Shown here: piece by piece, positions 16,911 to 27,037 of the stretch | Position numbering within the stretch: the stretch's first letter is position 1 | Layout of the letters: each line of letters starts with the position of its first letter | Source: an uncultured Melioribacter sp. | GTDB taxonomy: Bacteria; Bacteroidota; Ignavibacteria; Kapaibacteriales; Kapaibacteriaceae | Reading direction: 5' to 3' | Assembly (NCBI GenBank): GCA_964484755.1 | Contig: CAZAGH010000002.1 | Coordinates: 24,783 to 88,782, forward strand | Length of the DNA stretch: 64,000 nt | Made by a program: the position numbers and the translations under genes | Notes under the pieces: generated by a model | Database searches by the model: none | What the model was told of the DNA's origin: nothing | Seen by the model: only the letters and a program-made list of their open reading frames with translations

Positions 16911-19900
16911 TGCAGTTTGGATCCCTACATACACGATCTCACTTTTCCTTTCTTGATGGTGCGTCATCTCCTGAAAGCATGGCCATAACAGCTGCACAGT
17001 TGGGTCACACCGCAATTGTGCTGACCGATGTAATGGGGGTGTATGGTGCTGTGCGATTGCAGAGAGCATGCAAGGCCGTTGGAATTCGTGCTCTTATGGG
17101 CGCTGATTTCATCATCCATAATGTTACCATAAGTGCAATAGCTCGAAACGCCGAAGGGTATCGTCAGATATGTAGTCTTGTTACTACTCTACGCGATGGC
17201 GGTCTGATTGAAGAGAATATCCAAAGAAGCCCCCTTACTGAATGCGTGATCATCATCCACGGATGCAATGTCGATCTAGATTTGCTTAGCAGGGTCTGCT
17301 CGATCCTACGCGGAGGACGCGAATGCTATCTTGGTATAGAGCACGACGGCAGACCCTGGGCCCTTCGAAGGGCACGCCGGGTTGTAAACCTGGCAGAATC
17401 TCTCAAGATCCCATGCGTGATTGCACAAGATGTTCGTTATGCTACTCGTGATGAATACGCAGCACACGATCTGATGGTATGCATTCGTGAAGGTATCACC
17501 ATTCATGAACCTCACCCACTGCGACCTGTCAACGATCGACAATGTCTACGCTCTGAGCAGGAAGTCCGAGAACTGCTCCCGTTTCCTGAGGCATTTGAAA
17601 ACGTAGACCTAATTCTTTCAGCATGCACATTTGACATACTGCCTGACAGAGTTACTCCCCCATCAGCTCGCATCCCCGAGCGTACTACTGCCAAAGAAGT
17701 GCTACGGGAACTTGCCATAAAGGGACTTGAGCGGCGTTATCAGAGTTGCGACGCATACACAATAGAGCGAGCATGGGCGCAGCTGGAACATGAACTTCGC
17801 GTACTAGATGAACTGGAGCTTTCGGATTTCTTTCTTGTAGTGAATGAGGTTGTAAGTGAGGCACGACGCCGCGGCATACGTTGTAGCGGACGTGGTTCTG
17901 CAGCAAACTCTATCGTAGCCTATGTTCTCAACATCACTGGCGTATGCCCTATTCGACATCATCTGTTGTTTGAGCGCTTCTTGCATAGGGGGCGCAAAGG
18001 AACGCCAGATATCGATGTTGATTTCGACAGTGATCGGCGCTCAGAGATCATTGCATGGATGGAAGAACGCTTTGGTCTGGCTCAGACAGCAATGACAGCT
18101 ACAATGATCATGTACCGGATCCGCATGGCGATCCGTGATGTAGCCAAAGCACTTGGCTTTCCAATGGAGACTGTTCGCAGTCTTTCCAAGAGTGTGCCCT
18201 CATGGACCAATCAACCAGTGGAATCATACCGTGATGCCTTAGCCTCTATCATAGGTCATATTCCGATGCTCAATATACTACTTCGCGGTGTTGAGCTTCT
18301 CATCGATCACCCACGACACCTAGGACAACACTCAGGAGGAATGGTCTTATCAAGCAAGCCACTAGAGATGCTTACACCAGTACAGCGATCTTCTAATGGT
18401 GTTGCTGTTGTTCAATTCGACAAAGACGACATCGAAGCTATGGGGCTTGTAAAGTTTGACGTGCTGGGACTTCGTATGCTCGCCTGCATCAGTGAAGCCG
18501 TTGAGCTTCTTGAAGTTTATCAAGGCATTGTTATCGACATAGATGAAGTACCGCTGGACGACCCTGATACATTTCAGCTTATTCGCAGTGGCAAGACACT
18601 TGGGATCTTTCAAATTGAATCGCAGGGGCAAATGCATCTGCTTGCTAAACATCAACCCGAGTGTTTCGATGATCTCATTACGGAAGTAGCACTGTTCAGA
18701 CCTGGTCCACTCCAAGGTGGAATGGTACATCCATACATCGCAAGACGAACAGGCAAGGCACCTGTCGAATATGTTCATCCCGACCTCGAACCGCTTTTAT
18801 CAGACACGTTAGGCATTGTTCTGTTCCAAGAGCAGGTGCTAGAGATCGCGCACAGGTTTGCTGGCATGCCGCTCGACGAAGCCGATGATTTTCGGTCACT
18901 TGTCTCAAAGAACAGAGACCGAGTGCTTATGGCTGCAATGAAGGATACATTCATCAATGGAGCTATGTCAAGGGGCGTAGATCATGCATCAGCCGAGCGC
19001 GTGTATGATATTGTATCACACTTTGTAGGGTATGGCTTCTGTAGATCTCATGCAGCGGCATTTGCAAAGATCGTCTATCAAAGTGCGTGGCTCAAGGCCC
19101 ATCATCCTGCTGCATACATGGCGGCGTTCATGCAGCATAGGCCTGGGATGTATAATCTTATGACACTGGAAGAAGAATCACGTCGATTTGGTGTTGATGT
19201 TCTTCTGCCGGACATACGTTACTCACACATCCGCTATACGATAGAGCAACACCAGAATCAGCGATGGTGCATACGCAAGCCCCTTACTTCGATTCGTGAT
19301 GTTAGCGAAGATGTAGCTCGTGATATCATCATCGAACGAGCAAAGTCAACCTTTGTAAGCGTCGAGGATTTCGTCCTCCGATTACCAGGTATTTCTCGAG
19401 ATGTTCTTGAATCAATTGCTCTTGCAGGCGCACTGACACATCTTGATGAAGATGTCCGACGCACGATATGGATTATAGGGGTTGTACGCCAGCGGCAACA
19501 AACATCTACCACAGGGAGCCTCTTTACCACAGCACATATTCATGAGACAGAGATACCGGAGCTTCCAGAGCTCAGGGCACAGGAACGCTTAGCCTATGAC
19601 TACATTACACACGGAGCAGCACGTGTGCATCCAATGACACTCTTTCGACGCCTTATGACTACGATGGAGATACGTTCGATTGAGACAGTACACAGAATGC
19701 CAATAGAAAAACCCATGGTTGTTGTCACGGCCGGTATTGTGATGCTTCGCCAGGCGCCACCTACTGCACGAGGGATGCTGTTCGTTACGATCGAGGATGA
19801 GACAGGCTTTTTGCAGTGCGTAGTGCCCCCAAATGTGCGTCAAGCATATGCTACAGAGCTACGGTCGGCAGCGCTAATGCTAAAAGGAACCGTAACTGGT

Positions 19901-20035
19901 ATCGGCTCATGGAGGAGCATTATGGTGCGTGAGGTTGTTGTGCTAAATAACATCATTGGTGGATACCACGGACACCTTTCCTATGCTGGTGGACGTGATA
20001 CGCTAGAAGTTGGCAGCGTAGTTAGTTTTGCATGA
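16910..20035 (+). CDS. dnaE2: error-prone DNA polymerase DnaE2 (ImuC)
   Basis: N-terminal PHP domain (LHTRSHFSFLDGASSPESM), Pol III alpha core, and C-terminal OB fold. 1041 aa, and it ends without the tau/beta-binding tail, as in DnaE2 rather than replicative DnaE. Confidence 0.85.
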   Translation: MQFGSLHTRSHFSFLDGASSPESMAITAAQLGHTAIVLTDVMGVYGAVRLQRACKAVGIRALMGADFIIHNVTISAIARNAEGYRQICSLVTTLRDGGLIEENIQRSPLTECVIIIHGCNVDLDLLSRVCSILRGGRECYLGIEHDGRPWALRRARRVVNLAESLKIPCVIAQDVRYATRDEYAAHDLMVCIREGITIHEPHPLRPVNDRQCLRSEQEVRELLPFPEAFENVDLILSACTFDILPDRVTPPSARIPERTTAKEVLRELAIKGLERRYQSCDAYTIERAWAQLEHELRVLDELELSDFFLVVNEVVSEARRRGIRCSGRGSAANSIVAYVLNITGVCPIRHHLLFERFLHRGRKGTPDIDVDFDSDRRSEIIAWMEERFGLAQTAMTATMIMYRIRMAIRDVAKALGFPMETVRSLSKSVPSWTNQPVESYRDALASIIGHIPMLNILLRGVELLIDHPRHLGQHSGGMVLSSKPLEMLTPVQRSSNGVAVVQFDKDDIEAMGLVKFDVLGLRMLACISEAVELLEVYQGIVIDIDEVPLDDPDTFQLIRSGKTLGIFQIESQGQMHLLAKHQPECFDDLITEVALFRPGPLQGGMVHPYIARRTGKAPVEYVHPDLEPLLSDTLGIVLFQEQVLEIAHRFAGMPLDEADDFRSLVSKNRDRVLMAAMKDTFINGAMSRGVDHASAERVYDIVSHFVGYGFCRSHAAAFAKIVYQSAWLKAHHPAAYMAAFMQHRPGMYNLMTLEEESRRFGVDVLLPDIRYSHIRYTIEQHQNQRWCIRKPLTSIRDVSEDVARDIIIERAKSTFVSVEDFVLRLPGISRDVLESIALAGALTHLDEDVRRTIWIIGVVRQRQQTSTTGSLFTTAHIHETEIPELPELRAQERLAYDYITHGAARVHPMTLFRRLMTTMEIRSIETVHRMPIEKPMVVVTAGIVMLRQAPPTARGMLFVTIEDETGFLQCVVPPNVRQAYATELRSAALMLKGTVTGIGSWRSIMVREVVVLNNIIGGYHGHLSYAGGRDTLEVGSVVSFA

Positions 20036-20793
20036 TGCAACGTATAGCACTGCTCATAGAATACGATGGAGCACGTTACGCTGGATGGCAACGTCAGCGC
20101 AATGGCATCACAGTGCAACAGCGCGTCGAGGAGGCATTAACAAAAACCTACGGACACACCTGCATCATCCATGGGGCCGGTAGAACCGATGCTGGAGTGC
20201 ACGCCTCAGGCCAGGTTGCCCATATTCAGCTCCATGAGCAGGCTCACAACATTCCTCTCGAGAAACTCCCAGTTGCATTGAACACGCGTCTCCCGTTTGA
20301 TGTACGCGTACGTGCTGCTACGAGTGTGCATGATGAGTTTCATGCACGGTTCAGCGCCATCTGGAGGGAATACATCTATACTATTACTACGTCGGATAGC
20401 GTGTTCCACAGGCATTATGCTTGGAATCCAGAGATACCGTTCTCTGCAGACACGCTACGTGAGGCACTTGAAGTCATGATTGGCGAACATGACTTCACGG
20501 CCATCTCTAAACACAATCCCGATACCAAATCCTACGTCTGCAACGTTGACACGTGCAGCCTGTCAATTGATGGATCACTCATGCAGATACGAATACGTGC
20601 CAATCGGTTTGTATATGGCATGTGCCGCGCAATTGTTGGCGTAGCAATGTCTGTAGCTCGCGGCCGAATGACCCCGAATGATCTGCGCGATCTTCTTGCT
20701 ACAAAACAACGACAAAAAGCTCCTATCATTGTCCCTGCTCACGGACTCAACCTTCACGCAATAGGATATGAATCAGAAATCTTCCCTCACTAG
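20032..20793 (+). CDS. truA: tRNA pseudouridine(38-40) synthase TruA
   Basis: IEYDGARYAGWQRQ ... GAGRTDAGVHASGQVAH (catalytic Asp in RTDAGVHA). The start overlaps the dnaE2 stop (ATGA). Confidence 0.85.
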   Translation: MMQRIALLIEYDGARYAGWQRQRNGITVQQRVEEALTKTYGHTCIIHGAGRTDAGVHASGQVAHIQLHEQAHNIPLEKLPVALNTRLPFDVRVRAATSVHDEFHARFSAIWREYIYTITTSDSVFHRHYAWNPEIPFSADTLREALEVMIGEHDFTAISKHNPDTKSYVCNVDTCSLSIDGSLMQIRIRANRFVYGMCRAIVGVAMSVARGRMTPNDLRDLLATKQRQKAPIIVPAHGLNLHAIGYESEIFPH

Positions 20794-21634
20794 TCTTATC
20801 CCACAAATGCAACAAGGACATTTACTGCGTGCAATGCTCTATTGGTGTATCCTTGTGCCATCGATGCTGATCTCGTCCTGTGGCGAGCTCAACATCTATC
20901 CCATCGATGAAGACAAGAAGCTTGGTGCACAGTTTCACAACGAGATCCTACGCGATCCGGTCAACTACAAGCCATTACAGAACAAGTCTGCAACAGACTA
21001 CGTACAGAATATTGTCAATCGTATCATTGGTGTTCCCGGCATAGAGTACAAGGGTATTTTTTCCTACAGCGTTATGCTCATCGACGATGACGAAACGATC
21101 AACGCGTTCTGTACTCCAGGTGGCTATATCTACGTCTACACAGCTCTCTTGAAGGCTGTACCCAACGAAGCAGCCTTAGCATCGGTTTTGGCCCATGAGA
21201 TCGCCCACGCTGAACGACGTCATGCCACAAAGCGCATGACTACCCATTTGGGCGTACAGACAGTTCTCTCAATTGCGTTATACGACAATCGTGGCGGGCT
21301 TACCGAACTTGCTGCCAATGCTTTCACTGGAGCTGGACTACTCATGAACAGCCGATCAGATGAAGACGAAGCCGATGAATTCTCATTCAAGTATTTGCGC
21401 GAGACTTCATGGTATCCTGGCGGACTACTTTACTTCTTCGATGTGGTCAAGGGGCGTAAAGGCACCGCAGTAGATCGATTCTTCTCAACACACCCGCTTC
21501 CAGAAGACCGCATCCAGAACACGCACAAACGACTTGCTGAGGCTAAGATTCCCGAGCCCACAGAGATACAGCTTCGCACACGTGAGTACGAAGCCTTCAA
21601 GCGCACGCTAGATGGCGCAAAGAGTGGTAGATGA
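20768..21634 (+). CDS. M48-family zinc metallopeptidase (BepA/Ste24-like), probable lipoprotein
   Basis: HEIAHAERRH supplies the HExxH motif. The N-terminus MLYWCILVPSMLISSCG looks like a lipobox. The likely start is an internal Met at about 20807-20837. Confidence 0.75.
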   Translation: MNQKSSLTSLIPQMQQGHLLRAMLYWCILVPSMLISSCGELNIYPIDEDKKLGAQFHNEILRDPVNYKPLQNKSATDYVQNIVNRIIGVPGIEYKGIFSYSVMLIDDDETINAFCTPGGYIYVYTALLKAVPNEAALASVLAHEIAHAERRHATKRMTTHLGVQTVLSIALYDNRGGLTELAANAFTGAGLLMNSRSDEDEADEFSFKYLRETSWYPGGLLYFFDVVKGRKGTAVDRFFSTHPLPEDRIQNTHKRLAEAKIPEPTEIQLRTREYEAFKRTLDGAKSGR

Positions 21635-21642
21635 TATAGATA

Positions 21643-22491
21643 TCAACGCAGCCATAACGGCGGTTCGCCCAATGCCGTCAGGCACACACTCCACAAGTGA
21701 CGGAAGGCATCCGCTGCGTTATCGGCCTCGACTGCAAACGTTGATGCGGAAACAGCAATTGCCTGTGGGTGCGAGCACGCGCGTTCGCACTGCTCGGACT
21801 GTTTTGTATCAACCTCGAATCTCGTAGGGCCAATATCTTGGAGATACCATGTCTCTCTCGAATTCATAGCTTTTGATGCTGCCATACGCAGTTCAAGAGC
21901 CGTGCGCTCGGGAGTCTTACATATGGCTGCTGTAGGTCCAAGAGTTCGTTTAGTGGCAACAAACGTCGTATTAGACGTCCACATGCGTACTTCACTCTCG
22001 AGATCACTGTTGCCACTGATCAGCACGAGTGGAATGTTCAAGGATGAAAGAACTGCTGCATTGGCTTGTACTTCACCTACTGCTCGTCCATTCATGCGAA
22101 GCTCTGCAATCAACGAACCAATGTAGGTGTGAGCCAGCAGGCCCCCTTGCGTTCCTGCCTTCGTATGGTATCCAATACACATCGCAACGTCAGTACCTAA
22201 TTGCACGCCCTCAAGCTGACACAGAGGTTTGTTGCTCGCAGTTGCCGGCCCCATAACGAGCTGTGCGGCAGGATGCAGTTCTTCAAGCAGAACATTTCGC
22301 ATTGTGGCGTGTCCATCACCAACGGTAATCTCAGCATCAGGGTATACATGAAGTATTCCATTGATCACAGCATTGACGTCGCCTACGAGATACTTCTGAG
22401 CTTGAGAATAATTCCGTCCCTCTGGAGTTAACTGATCTGGATGAACAACACCCGTGGCTCCCTCCATATCTACGGCGATAAACACTCTCAT
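21643..22491 (-). CDS. dppA: D-aminopeptidase DppA (peptidase M55)
   Basis: MRVFIAVDMEGATGV is the N-terminal signature of the M55 family. 282 aa. Confidence 0.65.
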   Translation of the reverse strand: MRVFIAVDMEGATGVVHPDQLTPEGRNYSQAQKYLVGDVNAVINGILHVYPDAEITVGDGHATMRNVLLEELHPAAQLVMGPATASNKPLCQLEGVQLGTDVAMCIGYHTKAGTQGGLLAHTYIGSLIAELRMNGRAVGEVQANAAVLSSLNIPLVLISGNSDLESEVRMWTSNTTFVATKRTLGPTAAICKTPERTALELRMAASKAMNSRETWYLQDIGPTRFEVDTKQSEQCERACSHPQAIAVSASTFAVEADNAADAFRHLWSVCLTALGEPPLWLR

Positions 22492-23795
22492 TTTGTGCGA
22501 GCCTCGATAGGTTCTACACGTACTTTGTCACCAGTTGATTCGACCAGCCGAACATTCATTCGGATCTTTTCGATTGAGTAAGGGGCATGCATGATCGACG
22601 CAACATGATTCTCTGTCCATCCTGTCCATGCATGGACCTCAACATCATATCCCTCAGGCAGAAACACGCGTTCTGTGCCTATCTGCTGCTGATGAAACTC
22701 TAAGGTACGTTTCTGACTATGTGCTCGAAGAATGCGTGTTCGCTCCCGACGCTCATTCATCGGCACCGCACCTGAATAGTTCGCTGCCGGAGTGAGCTCT
22801 CGCTCGGAATACGTAAACACATGAAGGTACGTCCATGGAATCGAGTGAAGGAACTGGACGGTTTCATCAAAGTGCGCTTGGGTCTCACCAGGATACCCTG
22901 CGATGACATCGATTCCCATACCAGCATCAGGGAACAGCTGGGCAAATGCTTGTATACGTTCCCGGTACATGGATGTATTGTAGCGTCGCTTCATTGAACG
23001 AAGGATCGCATCGCACCCACTTTGCAGCGGCATGTGAAGATGCGGTACAATGTTCGAGCATTTAGACCATATGCGAAGAACATCATCATTCAGCGTATTC
23101 GGCTCAATCGAACCGATACGAATTCGATACGGGAGATCCATATCCGCGATCATGGTAAGAACGTCGGCAAACCGGTGATCGCCCTGCGACCTGTACTCAC
23201 CGAGATTGATCCCCGTCAGAATGCACTCTTGATATCCCTCTAGGGCGATGGCCTGCAACTCCCTGCGGATTGCATCAAGCGGCATAGCTCGTGCTGGCCC
23301 CCTAGCAAGCGGAATGGTACAAAACGAGCAAGAATAATCGCAGCCATCTTGAATCTTGAGAAATGCGCGAGTACGACTGTTCCCGTTTCCAGATCGAGCA
23401 CCTATGAAGGTTGTGCCGGACGAGAGCTCGTCAACTCGAACGGTCACCGTTTCACTGCTCAACAAATCAGATAACTGTTCAACAATCTTGAGTTTGTCGG
23501 CTGTGCCGACAACGGCGGTAACGCCGTCAATGCTGGCAACTTCTTCCGGTTGCAGTTGAGCATAACAGCCAGTTACGATCACACGCGCATCAGGTGCTGC
23601 ACGGAGTCCTTTGCGTACTACTTTTCTACACTCAACATCGGCCTGTTCTGTTACGGTACAGGTGTTGATCAACAGTAGATCAGCATCGCTACCGTATTGT
23701 ACTATCTCATGTCCCTGCTCCCGAAACTGACGCTCAATTGCCGCCGTCTCCGTGGAGTTTAACTTGCAGCCTAATGTGTGAAACGCAACTCGCAT
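22488..23795 (-). CDS. mtaB: radical-SAM methylthiotransferase MtaB (tRNA t6A37 methylthiolation)
   Basis: MRVAFHTLGCKLN begins an MTTase N-domain, followed by a CxxxCxxC radical-SAM cluster (CSFCTIP) and a TRAM-like C-terminus. 435 aa. Confidence 0.75.
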   Translation of the reverse strand: MRVAFHTLGCKLNSTETAAIERQFREQGHEIVQYGSDADLLLINTCTVTEQADVECRKVVRKGLRAAPDARVIVTGCYAQLQPEEVASIDGVTAVVGTADKLKIVEQLSDLLSSETVTVRVDELSSGTTFIGARSGNGNSRTRAFLKIQDGCDYSCSFCTIPLARGPARAMPLDAIRRELQAIALEGYQECILTGINLGEYRSQGDHRFADVLTMIADMDLPYRIRIGSIEPNTLNDDVLRIWSKCSNIVPHLHMPLQSGCDAILRSMKRRYNTSMYRERIQAFAQLFPDAGMGIDVIAGYPGETQAHFDETVQFLHSIPWTYLHVFTYSERELTPAANYSGAVPMNERRERTRILRAHSQKRTLEFHQQQIGTERVFLPEGYDVEVHAWTGWTENHVASIMHAPYSIEKIRMNVRLVESTGDKVRVEPIEARTK

Positions 23796-24206
23796 GGTGC
23801 AAATATGAAGCCTGGTATCGAATCAGCGGTAGGATTGATCACGTTTGTTGTAACGAGCGATATGACGGCACAGCTGGATGGACGTGAAATTCACCCCGTC
23901 TACGGTACCTTTTGGGCTGGATATCACAGCGAAGTGGCCGCACGCCGTGCTATTGAGCCCTACTTCGAGGAGGGAGAAAACGCTGTTGGTAGCGCTCTTT
24001 CGATCAACCACAAAGCAATGGCTGCAGTCGGGACATCCATTGAGGTGATTGCACAGGTAACAAGCATCTCAGGTAACAGGATTATCTGCTCAGTACAAAT
24101 TCGGACCTGCGAAACAAACACGCTGCTAGCAGAGGGCACACAAGAGCAGGTTGTACTGCCAGATGCCAAGCTCCGAGAGCTTGTGGCAAGGGCATACACG
24201 CGCTGA
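23778..24206 (+). CDS. hotdog-fold thioesterase (FlK/fluoroacetyl-CoA thioesterase-like family)
   Basis: ~140 aa with a GENAVGSALSINHKAMAAVG core typical of the FlK-like hotdog family. The probable start is an internal Met near 23805. Confidence 0.45.
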   Translation: MKRNSHGANMKPGIESAVGLITFVVTSDMTAQLDGREIHPVYGTFWAGYHSEVAARRAIEPYFEEGENAVGSALSINHKAMAAVGTSIEVIAQVTSISGNRIICSVQIRTCETNTLLAEGTQEQVVLPDAKLRELVARAYTR

Positions 24207-24227
24207 TGAGCATTTGAACAACCGAAC

Positions 24228-24860
24228 CTATTTCAGGATGTGTCCTGTCTGAGCACACCAAAAGAGCAGGTCGACTTCATCCATATCGATTCCAATTTCC
24301 TGACAATACGATTGGAATGCCCGCTCCACTGCATGGTACTTGCTAGAAGTAGACACTGATGGCACGTCTTGATACACTCCACACCTGACAAGATTTGTCA
24401 GCAGGTGCCGGTCGATGATGGCAAGACCACGTCTGCCGATGTTTCGTAGAAAATGACTAGCCTCCTTGAGGCCGAAACCATTGACACGCTCCGCAAGTTG
24501 ATTACGCAATTCATAGATCGACATTGACTGCGCGGCAATCATCGCGTGTAACTCTTGCCAATGCTCGCGTGCCGCATGGAGCCGAGCATGCTTTGTGTTG
24601 TGAAATCGGATGTAGCATGCCTGATCGCGCAGCACGTGTAGCACATCCTGGCCCGTTCGAAGGAAATCAATGCTCTGCAGCTGCTGTTGCACGGCAAAGG
24701 CATGAACCGCGCTCGACTGAGGCGTGCATAGACAGAAGCATAGCTCGTAGAACCATTGTTCCTCTGGAACAGCCGCAAACTCAGACAATCTCTGACGTAT
24801 CGCTTGCTGCTGTTCACGGTAGAGATGCTCAAGCGTCTCTGGCAAGCGTTGCGCGTTCAC
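24228..24860 (-). CDS. ogg: 8-oxoguanine DNA glycosylase, Ogg2-type (HhH-GPD)
   Basis: ~210 aa. HhH-GPD elements GLKEASHFLRNIG and AIIDRHL (catalytic Asp). The size matches short archaeal/bacterial Ogg. Confidence 0.7.
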   Translation of the reverse strand: MNAQRLPETLEHLYREQQQAIRQRLSEFAAVPEEQWFYELCFCLCTPQSSAVHAFAVQQQLQSIDFLRTGQDVLHVLRDQACYIRFHNTKHARLHAAREHWQELHAMIAAQSMSIYELRNQLAERVNGFGLKEASHFLRNIGRRGLAIIDRHLLTNLVRCGVYQDVPSVSTSSKYHAVERAFQSYCQEIGIDMDEVDLLFWCAQTGHILK

Positions 24861-27028
24861 ACGAGCCCCTTACGCTTGCGCAGGAACCACTCGAGCGAGA
24901 ATGCTACGAGGGCTGCTGCCACGAACCACGGGAGGTGATACAAGGCGTGCTCCCGGTCAGAGGTGCGAACTATCGGGCGCAAGCGACTATCGTTCTTGAG
25001 CTTTTCAAGCAGTGACTCCACGTCGGCAGCTGGTGCGTATGCACCACCTGTTCTTTGTGCGAGTAATTGTAAAAGTCCACTATTTAACGTTAGTGCCGAC
25101 TCTTCGATACTTCCCTTACCTACGGTAAAACGGCCATTATCAGAGCCCAACTGCACTCCCCTTCGCGTAGCAGTTCCCTTGTACGCGTAATCTCCCGGTG
25201 GAAGGGAACCAATCGAAGCTGCATACTGTCCACCACCAAGGCTTGAGAACACAATGCGCCGTGTTCCGCTTGGCCCTGTGATGTCAACTGAAACCTCAGC
25301 ATCATCAACTACGGACAGTGTTTGATCAAGCACTGAGGCACTGAAACTGATCGTTTCACCAGCAGCGTAAAAATCATGAGAACTTCGGATGCGAATACGG
25401 TCATCGTCATCTTTAACGCTGAGCCACTTGACAGTGTTACCAATAAAGGACTGCAGGACGTCATCGACACTCGAACCGCGAGATACTGCCGGCCCCTGTC
25501 CAAGCAGCTTCCAGCGATAGAGTCCGTAACCAAGGATCGCTAAGGATCGTACCCCACCGCGCTCACTCTTGATGATAAGGGGCTCATCAATCGACGCAGA
25601 TCCTACCTTGAGGTCAGCAAGTACGGTAGCATTTTGTAAAGGTTCTACGAACAGCTCTGTGCGATAAATTGGCGGAAGCTGATTCCATGTATCAACGTCT
25701 GACTCCTCACCTCGAATCTTCATGACAGGATCGGCAGATGCTCGAGCAGAAACATCGGGCACTACGAGAATCTCCTGAGCTCTGTTGCTGCGAACCGCAA
25801 ACGGAATGGCGTCCTGGAATCGTGTAAGTTTAGAGTAGTCCGTCTGGAAAGATGGGATGAACAGCAATGACGTGCGCTTAGCCTTTTCTGCTAGTCGTTC
25901 AAGAGCATCATTGGAAGATCCTGCTGTTGGGTAGCCAATCAAAACGATTGCCTGAACCTCTTGCAAGGAAGCTGCATCAATTGGACCTTCATAAAACGAA
26001 ACAGCATCACGCTGAATGCGTGTAACAACCTCAACTGTTGGGTCATATTCTAAGGCCGACTTAACGAACGTGACATCTGGACTGGCAGCGCCTGCCACGA
26101 GAAGGATTTTACGTTTATTTTTTTGCACACGGACAAACGACTGAGCGATGTTATTCGCACGCGTAAACTCCTGCTGTTGTGTAACGAACTCAGCAGTAAG
26201 CTTATGTATTCCATCGGACGTTGGCGTCCACGTAAACGAAACCCGACGTGATGCAGGACCTCGTGTTAACAGCACCTGCTGCCGCGCGACCACCGTATTG
26301 TTATCCTTCAGGACTACCTCTGCACTGCCATCGACCATACCGTTGTATTCGAGATCAACGATAATTGGCATTGGCTGCTGCACGATCGCAACTCCTCGAG
26401 AGTACAAACCAACCACGCGTGCATCACTCGGAGCTACGGTATCGCCTACACCGATGGTGTACAATCCAAGGCCAGTCTTTTCTGCAACGTAGACAGGTTG
26501 CTCGCCTGAGTTGTAGTTGCCGTCTGTAACAAGGACCATGGCCGCATAACGTACATTCTCTGTTGTGTTACCAACGAACCGTATAGCCTTGCCAATATCC
26601 GAGCGAAATCCATTCAATCGGAGAGAATCGACAGTACCCAGTGTAAAGGGGCGAACCTGCTGGTCAAAGACGAGAACATCTGCCTTGTCACCAAGATTTT
26701 GTGTGATTTTCGAATAGAGCTCCTTGACAACTGCACTACGATCAACGCTGCGATCCTTCATTGCCATTGAGCGTGAGACATCTATCGCAATTGCAATCCG
26801 AGGCTCAACAGTATCGGATTGCCGAATACGCAGTAGTGGCTCAAACAGGGTAAACAACAACAGTGCAAGGCCAATCGCACGCAGAACTGCAAGCAGTCCT
26901 CGATCGCCTGAGGAAAGAGCTGGAGTTGTTCTTCTGTAACTAAACCATGCAACAGCCGAAGCAATGATGGTTAAAACGAGGTACATCCACCATGAACCAG
27001 CACCAAATGCAAATCGAAGTGATTCCAT
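24857..27028 (-). CDS. membrane-anchored von Willebrand factor A (VWA) domain protein, BatA-like but greatly extended
   Basis: Two N-terminal TM helices, then a VWA MIDAS motif (IAIDVSRSMAM) and a ~450-aa extracytoplasmic region. A C-terminal TM (LPWFVAAALVAFSLEWFL) is followed by a basic tail. Confidence 0.55.
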   Translation of the reverse strand: MESLRFAFGAGSWWMYLVLTIIASAVAWFSYRRTTPALSSGDRGLLAVLRAIGLALLLFTLFEPLLRIRQSDTVEPRIAIAIDVSRSMAMKDRSVDRSAVVKELYSKITQNLGDKADVLVFDQQVRPFTLGTVDSLRLNGFRSDIGKAIRFVGNTTENVRYAAMVLVTDGNYNSGEQPVYVAEKTGLGLYTIGVGDTVAPSDARVVGLYSRGVAIVQQPMPIIVDLEYNGMVDGSAEVVLKDNNTVVARQQVLLTRGPASRRVSFTWTPTSDGIHKLTAEFVTQQQEFTRANNIAQSFVRVQKNKRKILLVAGAASPDVTFVKSALEYDPTVEVVTRIQRDAVSFYEGPIDAASLQEVQAIVLIGYPTAGSSNDALERLAEKAKRTSLLFIPSFQTDYSKLTRFQDAIPFAVRSNRAQEILVVPDVSARASADPVMKIRGEESDVDTWNQLPPIYRTELFVEPLQNATVLADLKVGSASIDEPLIIKSERGGVRSLAILGYGLYRWKLLGQGPAVSRGSSVDDVLQSFIGNTVKWLSVKDDDDRIRIRSSHDFYAAGETISFSASVLDQTLSVVDDAEVSVDITGPSGTRRIVFSSLGGGQYAASIGSLPPGDYAYKGTATRRGVQLGSDNGRFTVGKGSIEESALTLNSGLLQLLAQRTGGAYAPAADVESLLEKLKNDSRLRPIVRTSDREHALYHLPWFVAAALVAFSLEWFLRKRKGLV

Positions 27029-27037
27029 AGCCGGACA

